This document shows, in pieces, positions 51,960 through 64,000 of a DNA stretch of 64,000 nucleotides. This DNA is from Laetmonice hystrix. Its lineage: Eukaryota. The stretch is taken from assembly GCA_965235115.1 (NCBI GenBank), contig OZ249436.1, positions 37,202,001-37,266,000 of the forward strand. Direction: 5' to 3'. A program made the position numbers and the translations under genes. Numbering within the stretch: position 1 is the first letter of the stretch; each line of letters starts with the position of its first letter. Under the pieces are notes generated by a model, which saw only the letters and a program-made list of their open reading frames with translations, was not told the origin of the DNA and searched no databases.

Positions 51960-52627
51960 ATGGTAGCGAGGCTATTTATGGTAGCGAGGCTATCAATGGT
52001 ACCGAGGCTATCAATGGTACCGAGGCTATAAATGGTAGCGAGGCTATCAATGGTAGCGAGGCTATAAATGGTAGCGAGGCTATCAATGGTAGCGAGGCTA
52101 TCAATGGTAGCGAGGCTATCCATGGTACCGAGGCTATCAATGGTACCGAGGCTATCAATGGTACCGAGGCTATCAATGGTAGCGAGGCTATCCATGGTAC
52201 CGAGGCTATCAATGGTAGCGAGGCTATCAATGGTAGCGAGGCTATCAATGGTACCGAGGCTATAAATAGTACCGAGGCTGTCAATGGTAGCGAGGCTATA
52301 AATGGCACCGAGGCTATCAATGGTACCGAGGCTATCCATGGTACCGAGGCTATAAATGGTAGCGAGGCTATCAATGGTAGCGAGGCTATCAATGGTACCG
52401 AGGCTATCCATGGTACCGAGGCTATAAATGGTACCGAGGCTATCAATGGTAGCGAGGCAATCAATGGTAGCGAGGCTATCAATGGTACCGAGGCTATCAA
52501 TGGTACCGAGGCTATAAATGGTACCGAGGCTATCAATGGTAGCGAGGCTATCAATGGTACCGAGGCTATCAATGGTACCGAGGCTATCAATGGTAGCGAG
52601 GCTATAAATGGTACCGAGGCTATCAAT
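51960..52627 (+). repeat. 18-bp minisatellite, about 37 copies, in HCN intron
   Basis: atggta(g/c)cgaggctatca units. Confidence 0.95.
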
Positions 52628-53039
52628 AGTAACATACCATTGTATCTTAAAGAGGCCGAGCAAATGTTTCCTATCAACCAGCCCCCATTTAGCATTTAAG
52701 AGGGAACCACTGTGCTAATGTATATCCTATACATTGACTGCTGACTGGGCGTTAAACACCAACTACTCACTCACTCACTCCTATACATTGATACAATAAT
52801 TACTGATGGTGGCCCCCAGCCTTGAGGAAAATACGATGCTCATTCCTTCAAATTCGGTCTGAACTGGTCAATATTTACAAACGCAGCCACAACTATGTAC
52901 TTGTATTGTTTACATTCCGAAACTTAGCTCCTCTATTTCTCATATTTGCAGCTACTGACAGACTAAATATATATGCTAACGTAACATCAGAGCTACTACT
53001 GAGACGCCAGCTACTTTTACGGGGGTGGGTTTAAGGATA

Positions 53040-53450
53040 TCTTTTTTATGTCCCTTTCATCCACATAAACGGCCCGGTTTCCTTATATTTAACCACAATA
53101 TTTTCTCCCATACTTGGCCATTCGTAGTTTAGTGATAACTTTCGATCGTGATTGTACAAAACCTCTCTTCACCAGACAGAATGTTTTTGGTATATTGGCT
53201 GCCGAGACCACCAGATTTACTTTCAGTGAGCAGAATGCTTTGGCTAATCTGAGAAATATGGCGGCTGAAACCCAAAACGTCATTGTTCATTGGACACCCT
53301 CCTTTGATGGCACCGTGCTCGTGCGGGAAAACTATGTCTCTTAGGATCCATTACTGTGAACGTTAAAAGTGCATGCTGTAAGAGTAATCCAAGTTTTGTC
53401 TGTATCCCTTCTGCCAAATGACACTCTTGACTATCGGCATACCCCATATG
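53040..53450 (-). pseudogene. Probable decayed LINE (L1/Tx1-like ORF2 post-RT) fragment
   Basis: Frame-broken minus-strand peptides ISQSILLTESKSGGLG...QVWEKILW resemble the GGLG region of L1/Tx1 ORF2. This rests on recognition only. Confidence 0.4.
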
Positions 53451-55501
53451 CCTCATTCGCATCACTGTTGCCCCTATTAAGTCGAGTATATGAAGGTTGC
53501 ATTTGCGCCAGAGCTGCGGCTCTCCAGACTGGGCTACAGGCTGTCGGTGTACATTACTTTCCTCACGGCGTACCATACAATTCCATTTGCTATATTACCA
53601 GGTTTAATGTATCGCATAAAGAACTAAAAAGGGCAGGGCGACCCCTCAGCGAGGCGCCTCATTGCAGTGGGCAGGTTTCAACAGAACCAACTGGGACCGA
53701 TGGAGACGTGACAATAGCGATTATTTGCGTTGTGAATACAATTTTTAGTGCACATGGATTCTGTAATGGCGTGCGAAGTATTTTCTAATCATATTGGTCA
53801 TAAAATACAAAATGGCTTAGTGTATTTTCATACAGTATCGAGATGCAGCAGCATAATGTAATTATTTTTTGCTTGACCTTGACTGAATAACGGAAACGTA
53901 CGGCGACGGCAGAGGCTAAGTAAGGAGGAGAAAGAAAGTTCATAAAAAGGTACAGGGAAGCCGACAAATAATCATTTATTTTTCATAGTTACATCAAATG
54001 GAGCGCTTCCATCAAATCCACCAAATATATGCATTAGGTCGATGCCATTTTGGCTACTCCAACCCGCAACGTTTAAAAGATGGATCACCTCGAGGTCAAC
54101 AGCTGCCACGATACTATTTTCATTGTTCCAAGAACAAAAGCATCTAGATTGAAACAATAAGAGGCGGGGAGTGGGGGGTGCAACGCCACATGCAACATGT
54201 AGGGCATGGCTATTTATACCCAAACCGAGCGTGCTCCAAACTGGTTTTATAAACCACAACTTTCTCAGGACACTCCCACTCCCTCCACCACCCCCGTTAC
54301 TGACGCTTGTATCCTTATACCGGTTGGGAGTAGAAAAACGGGTAGAAAAACGGGTAAACGCTCTCGTTATAATGTATAGGCTGTAGACTGTTTAATTGTG
54401 TATGTTAGACTTGTTATTATCATCGTTCTCTAGTTCATTCCAGTTATAATCTATAATATGTCTTTTTGTTGTGGGTTTTACTTCTGCAGGCTCTATGCGT
54501 TTTATCGAAATACAGACGGTTTAACGAGAAAGCTAATTAGGTCGCGGAGAGATTTCTTACCCGCTACTTGTCATACTATTCAATAAAACAGTATAATTTC
54601 CCTTCCAGACAGGATCCACAGGAAATGAAAAAAGGAGAGAGGAAAAAGAAAACTGGTAAAAAAGCAGAAGCAACAATCTGGTTCAAAGTTAACATCACCG
54701 CGGGCGTCGCGTCACGCCGAGACCATTGTGTGTTTTGTTTTGTTGATTGATTTGTTTGATTGATTTGTTGATTACTTGGCGATTCGTAGTTTGATGTTAA
54801 TGTAATTGAAGAATACGGGGTGAGGGTGGTACGGGTCAATGCAATGATTGTGTAATCATTAATTTTGTGATTTTTTTCTCCACCTAAGTATTATTGCTTC
54901 ATTTAACAGTGTTTCTTTTGTCGTCTACGTTTTTAACACATTGACACGTCTGTTTTTCTCACATATACATCTCAAACAGAGCTTCCTTTAGTCACATTAA
55001 CGGGCAAGAGGAAGGAGGAGGGGCAGGAGCAGGAGAAGAACGAATTAAATTGAAAGGCCTCCCAGAGTATAAATAAATACAGTCGCATACTCCCCGAACG
55101 AGACCTCACTGGCCCTAATTTGACTGCCCTTTACCCGTTTATTGCACACAATCACTTTTGTAAGAATTCATTTTGGACGCAGCTGCACGAGCAGTTCCTC
55201 GATATTGAAATATAATAGAAACTATTGGCTACCTCTTTCCGGTAAGTAATAAGAAAGGGTCTGGAATGAGGTGGGAGTGGTATTGCTGAGGTCATTTTGC
55301 GTTTGGACATTGCAGTCGTACGTGACACGACGACTGCAATGGGAGAGCCCATACTCTATTACCGTGTAGAGAGTGGCCAAATTTCAAATTCACTCAATCT
55401 GTACTACCCCCTAACAAACAATGCCAAGTAGTATCTCTTAAAATATTGGGAATGATGATATTATGATGTTGTGATGATGTGATTTTCTACGTAGTCAATG
55501 T

Positions 55502-57190
55502 CAGTGACCCCTGGAACCGGTAAATATTTGAGTAGGTGGGCTGGCAGTGATCTCTGAAACCGGTAGATATCTGAGTAGGTGGGCTGGCAGTGATCTCTGG
55601 AACCGGTAAATATTTGAGTAGGTGGGCTGGCAGTGATCTCTGAAACCGGTAAATATTTGAGTAGGTGGGCTGGCAGTGATCTCTGAAACCGGTAGATATT
55701 TGAGTAGGTGGGCTGGCAGTGATCTCTGGAACCGGTAAATATTTGAGTAGGTGGGCTGGCAGTGATCTCTGGAACCGGTAAATATTTGAGTAGGTGGGCT
55801 GGCAGTGATCTCTGAAACCGGTAGATATTTGAGTAGGTGGGCTGGCAGTGATCTCTGGAACCGGTAAATATTTGAGTAGGTGGGCTGGCAGTGATCTCTG
55901 AAACCGGTAAATATTTGAGTAGGTGGGCTGGCAGTGATCTCTGAAACCGGTAAATATTTGAGTAGGTGGGCTGGCAGTGATCTCTGAAACCGGTAAATAT
56001 TTGAGTAGGTGGGCTGGCAGTGACCTCCCTAAAACGGTTAAACCGGTAAATATGTGGGTCGGTGGGCTGGCAGTGACCTCTAGAACCGGTAAATATGTGG
56101 GTCGGTGGGCTGGCAGTGACCTCTAGAACCGGTAAATATGTGGGTCGGTGGGCTGGCAGTGACCTCTAGAACCGGTTAAATATGTGGGTCGGTGGGCTGG
56201 CAGTGACCTCGGGAACCGGTAAATATGAGGGTCGGTGGGCTGGCAGTGACCTCGGGAACCGGTTAAATAGGTGGGTCGGTGGGCTGGCAGTGACCTCTAG
56301 AACCAGTAAATATGTGGGTCAGTGGGCTGGCAGTGACCTCTGAAACCGGTAAATATGTGGGTCGGTGGGCTGGCAGTGACCTCTGAAACCGGTAAATATG
56401 TGGGTCGGTGGGCTGGCAGTGACCTCTGAAACCGGTAAATATGTGGGTCGGTGGGCTGGTAGTGACCTCTGAAACCGGTAAATATGAGGGTCGGTGGGCT
56501 GGCAGTGACCTCTAGAACCGGTAAATATGTGGGTCGGTGGGCTGGCAGTGACCTCTAGAACCGGTTAAATATGTGGGTCGGTGGGCTGGCAGTGACCTCG
56601 GGAACCGGTAAATATGTGGGTCGGTGGGCTGGCAGTGACCTCTAGAACCGGTAAATATGTGGGTCGGTGGGCTGGCAGTGACCTCTAGAACCGGTTAAAT
56701 ATGTGGGTCGGTGGGCTGGCAGTGACCTCGGGAACCGGTAAATATGAGGGTCGGTGGGCTGGCAGTGACCTCGGGAACCGGTTAAATAGGTGGGTCGGTG
56801 GGCTGGCAGTGACCTCTAGAACCAGTAAATATGTGGGTCAGTGGGCTGGCAGTGACCTCTGAAACCGGTAAATATGTGGGTCGGTGGGCTGGCAGTGACC
56901 TCGGGAACCGGTAAATATGTGGGTCGGTGGGCTGGCAGTGACCTCTGAAACCGGTAAATATGTGGGTCGGTGGGCTGACAGTGACCCCTGAAACCGGTAA
57001 ATATGAGGGTCGGTGGGCTGGCAGTGACCTCTAGAACCGGTAAATATGTGCGTCGGTGGGCTGGCAGTGACCTCTAGAACCAGTAAATATGTGGGTCGGT
57101 GTGCTGGCAGTGACCTTTGAAACCAGTAAATATGTGGGTCGGTGGGCTGGCAGTGACCTCGGGAACCGGTAAATATGTGGGTCGGTGGGC
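55502..57190 (+). repeat. 43-bp minisatellite, about 39 copies, two variant blocks
   Basis: Block A (atatttgagtaggtgggctggcagtgatctc) runs to about 56025; block B (atatgtgggtcggtgggctggcagtgacctc) follows. Confidence 0.95.
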
Positions 57191-58651
57191 CAGGAATAGT
57201 ATTTAAAACTAATATAATAATACTACTTTTGGCGGATTTTAGTGATGGAGATAACTTAAAACAAAAATTTATCCGAAACACAAAACAAAACATGTTGTTT
57301 GTCACTATTAAAAATTTTAAAAAGTGAATAAATATACTAAGCGTGACACATAACGTGGAAGCCGTGATGACAATCATCATAGTTCATTCTTTACTCTATC
57401 ATTGACTGAACGCGGAGCAGAGTGTCATCTGTTAACCTAATTAAATAGCTTCAGGCCGTTAAATTAACGTAGAAACGAGTCATCTACTGATAATCTAAGT
57501 AAATAATCTAAGAGGGGCCATACTTAATATCAATATAAATCGCATTTTCTAACATATATTAAATATAGCCGTATTTTCACTGATTCATTATATTTTCCTA
57601 TCGTGCGAAACCTCCTACAAAGCTGTATACCTTGATGAACAGGATGTTTTTCATTGACATCCTACCATGCTCTGCGGGCTCATACACGTAAATGCTTTTA
57701 GCGTCCTGTATGTCTTTGATGGTATGTCATCATAGACTACACGGAGATAGTCGATAGAATGGTGCAACAAGAAATTATATAGATATACCTCACAAAGAGG
57801 CCAAGAGCAGTTAATTCTCTAATTAATGTCACTAGGTCTCGGGTTTGCGCGCATACTCTTGACAGCCTTTACAACTTTCCTCTCTCTCTTGGAAACAGCG
57901 GGGGAATACACGTGCCTGATTAGAGTGATAATGCTATATTCGCGCGGGCGATTCCAAGCAAGTGAATCCTCTTTTCTTTGCCTTACACCTAATATATAAC
58001 TACATACAGGTGGGCTTTACCCGTCAGTATAATGGGGTTAATCAGGCATCCGTTGTACCCTGTCCGTGCCACTTTCATCTTCTCTTCGCTTTCATCTGAC
58101 TACCTTGATTTAGCTCCGAGCCCTGTCCCTCACCCCCACCCCACCCCCACCTTACCCGTCTCGTATCGAGTGGGGGCGTTCACAGTACTACAGGTCAGTG
58201 TCAAACGACTACCCCATGCCTACTCCTAGCGGCGATGTCGTGCCCCTAAATCTGGCCAATCTGTATTTGTCATGGTTTTCCTGAGGCACTCCCACCAGGC
58301 ATGACAAATCGATGATTTTCAGCTTGCTGGAATGTCCCCTCCCCCACCCTAATAATTTCCGGTGTCCCACTATTTAACGTCTCCCAATATTTCGTGTCAA
58401 ATATTATCATCCACATGGATGAGTCAATATCCGACCACAAAGACAGGCGTCGTGTACTCGTCCCCAGTAATAACCCCTTCCCCTAAAGTAAAGGCCCCCC
58501 TCGCCCCAGAAAACGGGCCACCAGATGGGGTACTTGAACAGCCCAACGTGACTGTGCTCAATATTGGCAGTACCTCATGATCACCCCGCACGGGACCAGT
58601 TGATGACACACAGAAAGGACATGAACCTGAACATAGAGTTGAGGGAATTGC

Positions 58652-58940
58652 GAACCGAGTGTCAGTAAACATGAAAATGAAGGTAAACTCGTTGATAAAA
58701 ACAACTTACAATTCCGAAAAAAAATTCATGAACCGAGTGTCAGTAAACATGAAAATGAAGGTAAACTCGTTGATAAAAACAACTTACAATTCCGAAAAAA
58801 AATCATGAACCGAGTGTCAGTAAACATGAAAATGAAGGTAAACTCGTTGATAAAAACAACTTACAATTCCGAAAAAAAAATCATGAACAGAGTGTCAGTA
58901 AACATGAAAATGAGGGTAAACTCGTTCAAGAAAACAACTC
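58652..58940 (+). repeat. Tandem repeat of about 77 bp, about 3.7 copies
   Basis: gaaccgagtgtcagtaaacatgaaaatgaaggtaaactcgttg at 58652, 58730, 58807 and 58885. Confidence 0.9.
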
Positions 58941-58995
58941 ACAAGGTGGAACGAAAAGGTATTATTATTATTATATATGATACATAATTATTTAC

Positions 58996-59214
58996 CTTCT
59001 CCCTGTAAAGTCGCTTGGATGTATCGAAGGACTGGATGAGCGTTGTGGCGTGGCCGACGAACAGTGCATAGCATGTGGCGCCCGTCAGCATGCTGATCAT
59101 GGTGAGCCACACGTCAGTGGTGCTTTGCGGGGGGTAGCGTCCGTAACCGATGCATAACATGTGCGATAGTGCCTTAAATAGGGCCCACGTGTATTGGTCC
59201 GTCCATTCGGCATT
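58996..59214 (-). CDS. HCN: HCN exon: pore helix, selectivity filter and S6
   Basis: tgcag|AAT...AAG|gtaaat, 219 nt. [21 protein letters not shown]...[29 protein letters not shown], containing the HCN-type CIGYG filter. Confidence 0.97.
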
Positions 59215-61873
59215 CTGCACTAGCACAAAAAGAATACGTCAAATAAACTTCCCACCCGGAAGAAACTAACAACTGAGAAACTTGGCCGAAATCGTCGAAA
59301 TTGCCTTAAATTAAAAGGATGTACCTTGCATTGTGCACGGTGTTTTCCCCGTTTCACAGTATATAGTATAAATTATTCATATATCATATAAGAACCCTTT
59401 TTGTGACGATTGCACGTTTATGAAATGATCTTCAAAGGATTCAAACGCTATTGGTGTGGCTGGCGGTATACTTTCTGATCAAGTAAAACAGAATACAACG
59501 CTATACCTTCGGTATACCAAATGATGCATTGTTGCTTCCGCCATTGATAACTTGTCCAAAATTTCATCTCATCTCAAACTTGTTATTTTAATCTATACGA
59601 CGAGGATCCAAAATGGCATTGATCTGTCATTTTACTCCACGCTGTATCGAACCCAATTTCTGACATCACATCCCCCAGCTATCCATCCCTAGGAAACCCT
59701 AGGGCATGATGATGGCAATGGTAAGTTTAGGCGGCAGTGTTATCAAGCCAACAAGGCTGTGTTCTGTGTTGGTTAGAGATAATGCGCCCTGTACAAGCGC
59801 CGACACGTATGGTTCGGGAGGCTAGTGTCCAAAACGAGGCTCGAGGTTACATGAGTGACGCGGCCGGCATCCGTTCACCGGAAGCGTGACAAGTCTCTCT
59901 CGGCGTTCGAGGTCATTCGTTGAAGACGCCCCCGTCGCACTGTTACTTGTAGGCACGATTTTGGCCGGCGAATCGATCGCTCTGGCCACCCTGACCAAGG
60001 TCGAGCGGGTCCACTTTTAGCGTTGAGCATGATACGGAGGAATATCATCTAAAAGCGGACTGGTATTATGGGATAGAAAATGTTGGCACCCAAAACGTTG
60101 GGAGTTTGTCTTTGATTTCCGCACGAGTTCAAACCCCGAAAGCAGGACATACTATGAAAGAAAAGGAAAGAAAGAATGCTGCGGGCGAAAAAGGACGACA
60201 CATTTAGAGGGCAGCATAATTTTAATTAATTTAATAATTTAAATAACAAAAATATTATGCATAGTAATATCATGCACATAATAACAATGTGCTATACAGT
60301 TCAAAGTATGGTTAGCTCCTAGTCGAGGCTACACCTATGACCGCGGATCAATAGTCTGCACATTACAGACTCAATAACAGTATTCGGTTTTATACTTTAC
60401 ACTACCGCCTGGTTTACCAGAGGAAGGGGGCACTGAATCAGAAATCTAAGTGCTCCAGCTTGGGAGGAAGTTATAAGCGCACGAGGACTTGCGACCGAGT
60501 TGTCTACTTAATAAAGGAAGGGAAGGGAGTTTGAGGGTTGGCGCACAAGATGGCCATGCGCTATATACCGGCGACATTCAGAACTAGCGGCACGCTTAAA
60601 GCTTAGCTTGCATGGGAATTCAACCGCTGTTCAGTTTCAACTGCGCCAAGCAACAATACATCATTGAGCCGTGTACACACACCATTCAGTATCCTTGCCA
60701 CGAATTGAAGAGCAACTTTTTATACACTCAAATAAAATCGAGTGCCGATCGATACAATCTTATTTCCATTAAAGACTCTGGAAATATCGATCTCTTTTCA
60801 ACTATCTTCCCGTATCAATACCACGTTGGACTTACCATAGTTCTGGCTGTATAAACAAATCACAGTAGTAGCAGTGGCAAGGTATGAATGTTAGAGGGTT
60901 GGTCATGTTGAAGCGGTATAAACATTTGCAGCAGAATAGACAAGAAGGTAATGATAATTATATGCTAGTACATGATGGCGTTAAATATCAGGTTAATTTC
61001 AAACACTGGCACGATCTGTCATGATTGGGATCACATACAGGAAGTGTCAATTATAAACTGACAAACACATTGTCGCACGTGAATTTTCCCCCGTACCTGA
61101 TCTGGTGTTAACAAAAAGATTTTAAAAGTTCTTTTTTTAAATTACCATGTATCTAACTTCTTTTGATGGAGTGACCACAGAAAGATCGTTATTTCACGTA
61201 CGACTGCAATGTGCCTGTCGAACAGTTAAACTCACAAGCAAACACTGAGATTAAGGGTTATACCAACCGGAAGAAAATTTAAAAAAGATTTTAAAAACTA
61301 AAAATTCCGGGACGGTTGGTAAAACAGCAACCCATGCCCGACAAAAAAATGTGGGGTGAAATAAGATTTCTTAGGTTTGACGTCAGGCTACAAGCAAGGT
61401 CAGTATTGTGAGGGGATAAACCTGCATGTGGAATCATGCATATTTGGTATTGAAATGAGACTTTGTGGATTGGGAGGAGGGGGGGATTCAACTATAAAAG
61501 TCAAGCGTAGTCTGATCGTGGCCATGCTGATCTTTGCATCATCCTTCCGTGTAACAGTCCATGTTCCTCATAGTCATGTCCCATGAAAAGATTTAACACG
61601 TTCAGGGGAAGTATCAATGCCGCATTGTTCCCCAATCAAAGGCTGCACTCGACATATCGTCACCTCGCCTTGGTGTTTTCAATGAATGGTGGAGTGAATG
61701 CGTATTTTAGTGCACAGCCAGTAGATTGATGCGTGTGAAATCTTTATAAATCGGTTGCCTTTGGACGGAATGAATGGAAACTGGATCTGGATGTGGTTAG
61801 AATGCTCTTTCATGCTGAAAATAAACGACCTTGTCTATGGGGCCAATGTTCGGATCTTATTCCCTAGCCATAC

Positions 61874-62023
61874 CTGTAGTTCGTTTATTGCTATCCACGA
61901 GTTAGATGGAAAGTCTTGAAGCATTGGCACCAGGTACTGGAGGCAACCATTCCAGTGTCCTAACAGCAGCATCAGGCAGCACAGATTAAAAATCCGCATA
62001 AACATCCCGGCTACGTTGAAGAA
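61874..62023 (-). CDS. HCN: HCN S4-S5 linker/S5/turret exon, variant B
   Basis: ttttcag|TTC...CAG|gtatgg, 150 nt, phase 0-0. [50 protein letters not shown]. Confidence 0.93.
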
Positions 62024-63122
62024 CTGAAAAGCAAAAAGATTCAAACGAACCTAGTATTCGATTTCAAAAGGCAGGTTTGAATAGAACTGGCCCAGCACTG
62101 ATCGTCAGCACACGAGCTCGGAAGTGGACCGTGGTGCACACACAGTACTGCAGCTTTTCTCTCCCTTTTTTAAAAATATGACTTACATAATTTGATGTTT
62201 CGGATGGGATAATTACATCTTTTGACAGAAGGGCTTCGTTTCACTGCCTGTCATCTGACCCACCAGGTGCTTCGGTTTTATGCCTTCTTTCAGTTCCACG
62301 TGCTGCATACTGTACATGTGTTTTTTAATCAGTGAATTCTGATGTGAAAAATTAACATGACACAATAGAATGCACATGTGTATTCACCGAAACGTCGAGT
62401 CTTATACACAACTGTCTGCAAGTTCTTCCTTGAAGCAGAAAAATACATCGCCGGTGCTGACGAGATGCAGAAAACCGTTGGCATGACGACTTCGACTCCG
62501 GGGAATGTCTTTTTACAACGAGGGTTGAATTGAGAAGAACAGTAGTTTTTGGGAGTAGGAAGGGGGGGGTTGTCTACGGAGAAGGATCGTGCACCTCTGA
62601 CGAGACATGCTGCGTAAAAGATGAATGGAAAGGAAGCATGAATCTGCACACCTCTCAATGGCAATGTGATGATTGGGAGCGGTATTTGGAAAGCAGGAAA
62701 GTTTCTCCAGCTTAACCAGCTTGTCCATCTCACAATTCCCATTTTTTTGCCAATGCCTTCCGATCATGTTTGCCGTCGTGATCTGTATGCTTGAGAGTAA
62801 AACGGGAGAGAATACGATGTTAACGCCCGTTATATCACTTAAACGTAATTGTAGGGATAAATAGGAGAAAATATTGACTCGATCATGACGCAAATCAGAT
62901 TCGAACATTTGCGCGGAGGGAGTGTCCATTCCTGCGTCAGGTATAAAAAAAAGCAACCAAAAAAAAACAACTCTGGACTAGTATTGAAAGGAGGATGCAC
63001 GCCATCCGTGGTCTTTGGAGGGGGGAAAACACACTTAATACTAGCCGCGTTAACGGCACAACTGAACTGCATGTTTGACGCAAGCACATGACCATCCCTT
63101 TACCACACTGAGGTAGGCATAC

Positions 63123-63272
63123 CTGTAATTCATTAATCGCTACCCAGCTATCGCTTGGCACGTCTTGCATCATTGGAACCAGCCACTGCAGACAGCCATT
63201 CCAATGGCCCAACAGCAGCATGAGCGCTACCAGGTTGAAGATTCTCATAAATTTACTAGCCACCGTGAGGAA
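63123..63272 (-). CDS. HCN: HCN S4-S5 linker/S5/turret exon, variant A
   Basis: ttgcag|TTC...CAG|gtatgc, 150 nt, phase 0-0. [50 protein letters not shown]. Confidence 0.93.
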
Positions 63273-64000
63273 CTGCAACCAACAGAGCAGAATGCTACAC
63301 AAGGTCCAAGCACACACTCAGCAAACACACTTTTTCCTATCGTTATCTTGCATCATTCTGTGTCTCTCTTAGGCTAGTAGCGGGTTTTCTGAGACAAAAC
63401 GGGTAACACACGCACTTATCTATCAAATCATCCTTTCAGACCCCATGCCATTCACAAAATGCAGGCCTAATAGTATTTCATTGATTTTCTTTTCCACTGT
63501 TCTTTTCTTTGCCACCGTTAAACAATTTGATTTTTTCACCAAAAAAAAAGTGCATATCCGAATGACATGGAAACGGCTGCCAATAACGTGACATGTATAA
63601 AGGCATGGGCCCCTTGGGATAGGAATTATAACTTATCCTCATACCTGCTTCAGCCGATCAGTTGATGCCTTCCCATGGATTAGGCTTGCAGTGAACTAAA
63701 GCCGCATTTACATAGGGTTTAAATGTCCCATTAGATTATATAACATATAAATCAAATCCCCTACTCCGCTTGTCTGTCTGCCTGTCTCTCTCTCCCTCTC
63801 GCTCTCTGTGGTGGGCATCGCATGAACTTCAGAGTGTTTCTATATCTGGTGTCAGCTACATACTAAAACATGCGCTGTCTTATCTTAACCATAATGGTGC
63901 AGTGGGAAATCTCGCGACCTTTTTACCAAGAGGTCTTAGTAAAATAAAGAACAAGTGTATATGTATACCATAACAGTAAATCATAAACTCAGTAAGTCAC

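Noticed and set aside
51875..52699. 274-aa (GSEAIN)n ORF resembling an ice-binding or beta-solenoid repeat protein
   Set aside because: An 18-bp minisatellite is open in several frames on both strands. It lies inside an HCN intron, starts at GTG, and has no convincing splice or promoter support.
62142..62313. Short complementary pair (acagtactgcagc / gctgcatactgt) between the two HCN S5 exons as a possible splicing-switch stem
   Set aside because: Only about 12 bp with a bulge, which is expected by chance without cross-species conservation data.

Overview
Repeat-rich, intron-containing animal genomic DNA, most likely from an invertebrate (lophotrochozoan-like by impression only). It is not prokaryotic, and no rRNA, tRNA or CRISPR array is seen. 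Three main elements were reconstructed by hand, all coding on the minus strand. (1) The 3' half of an HCN (Ih) cyclic-nucleotide-gated channel gene (63272 to 37339). Its S4-S5-linker/S5/turret segment is encoded by two tandem, paralogous 150-nt phase 0-0 exons that look mutually exclusive. (2) A complete 11-exon gene (32407 to 16735, 931 aa) for an apparently secreted protein made of a signal peptide and nine tandem Ig domains, with all introns phase 1, one domain split by an extra intron, and no transmembrane segment. (3) A full-length 8.8-kb Ginger-type DNA transposon (4232-13060) with TGT...ACA ends, 417-bp TIRs, a TTAA target-site duplication and a spliced HHCC-DDE integrase gene. Its predicted 3'UTR holds a 3.2-kb array of 14 hairpins spaced by 40-bp units. 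The rest of the window is MITEs, minisatellites and decayed Harbinger/LINE fragments. All exon borders and counts were read manually; no database searches were run.
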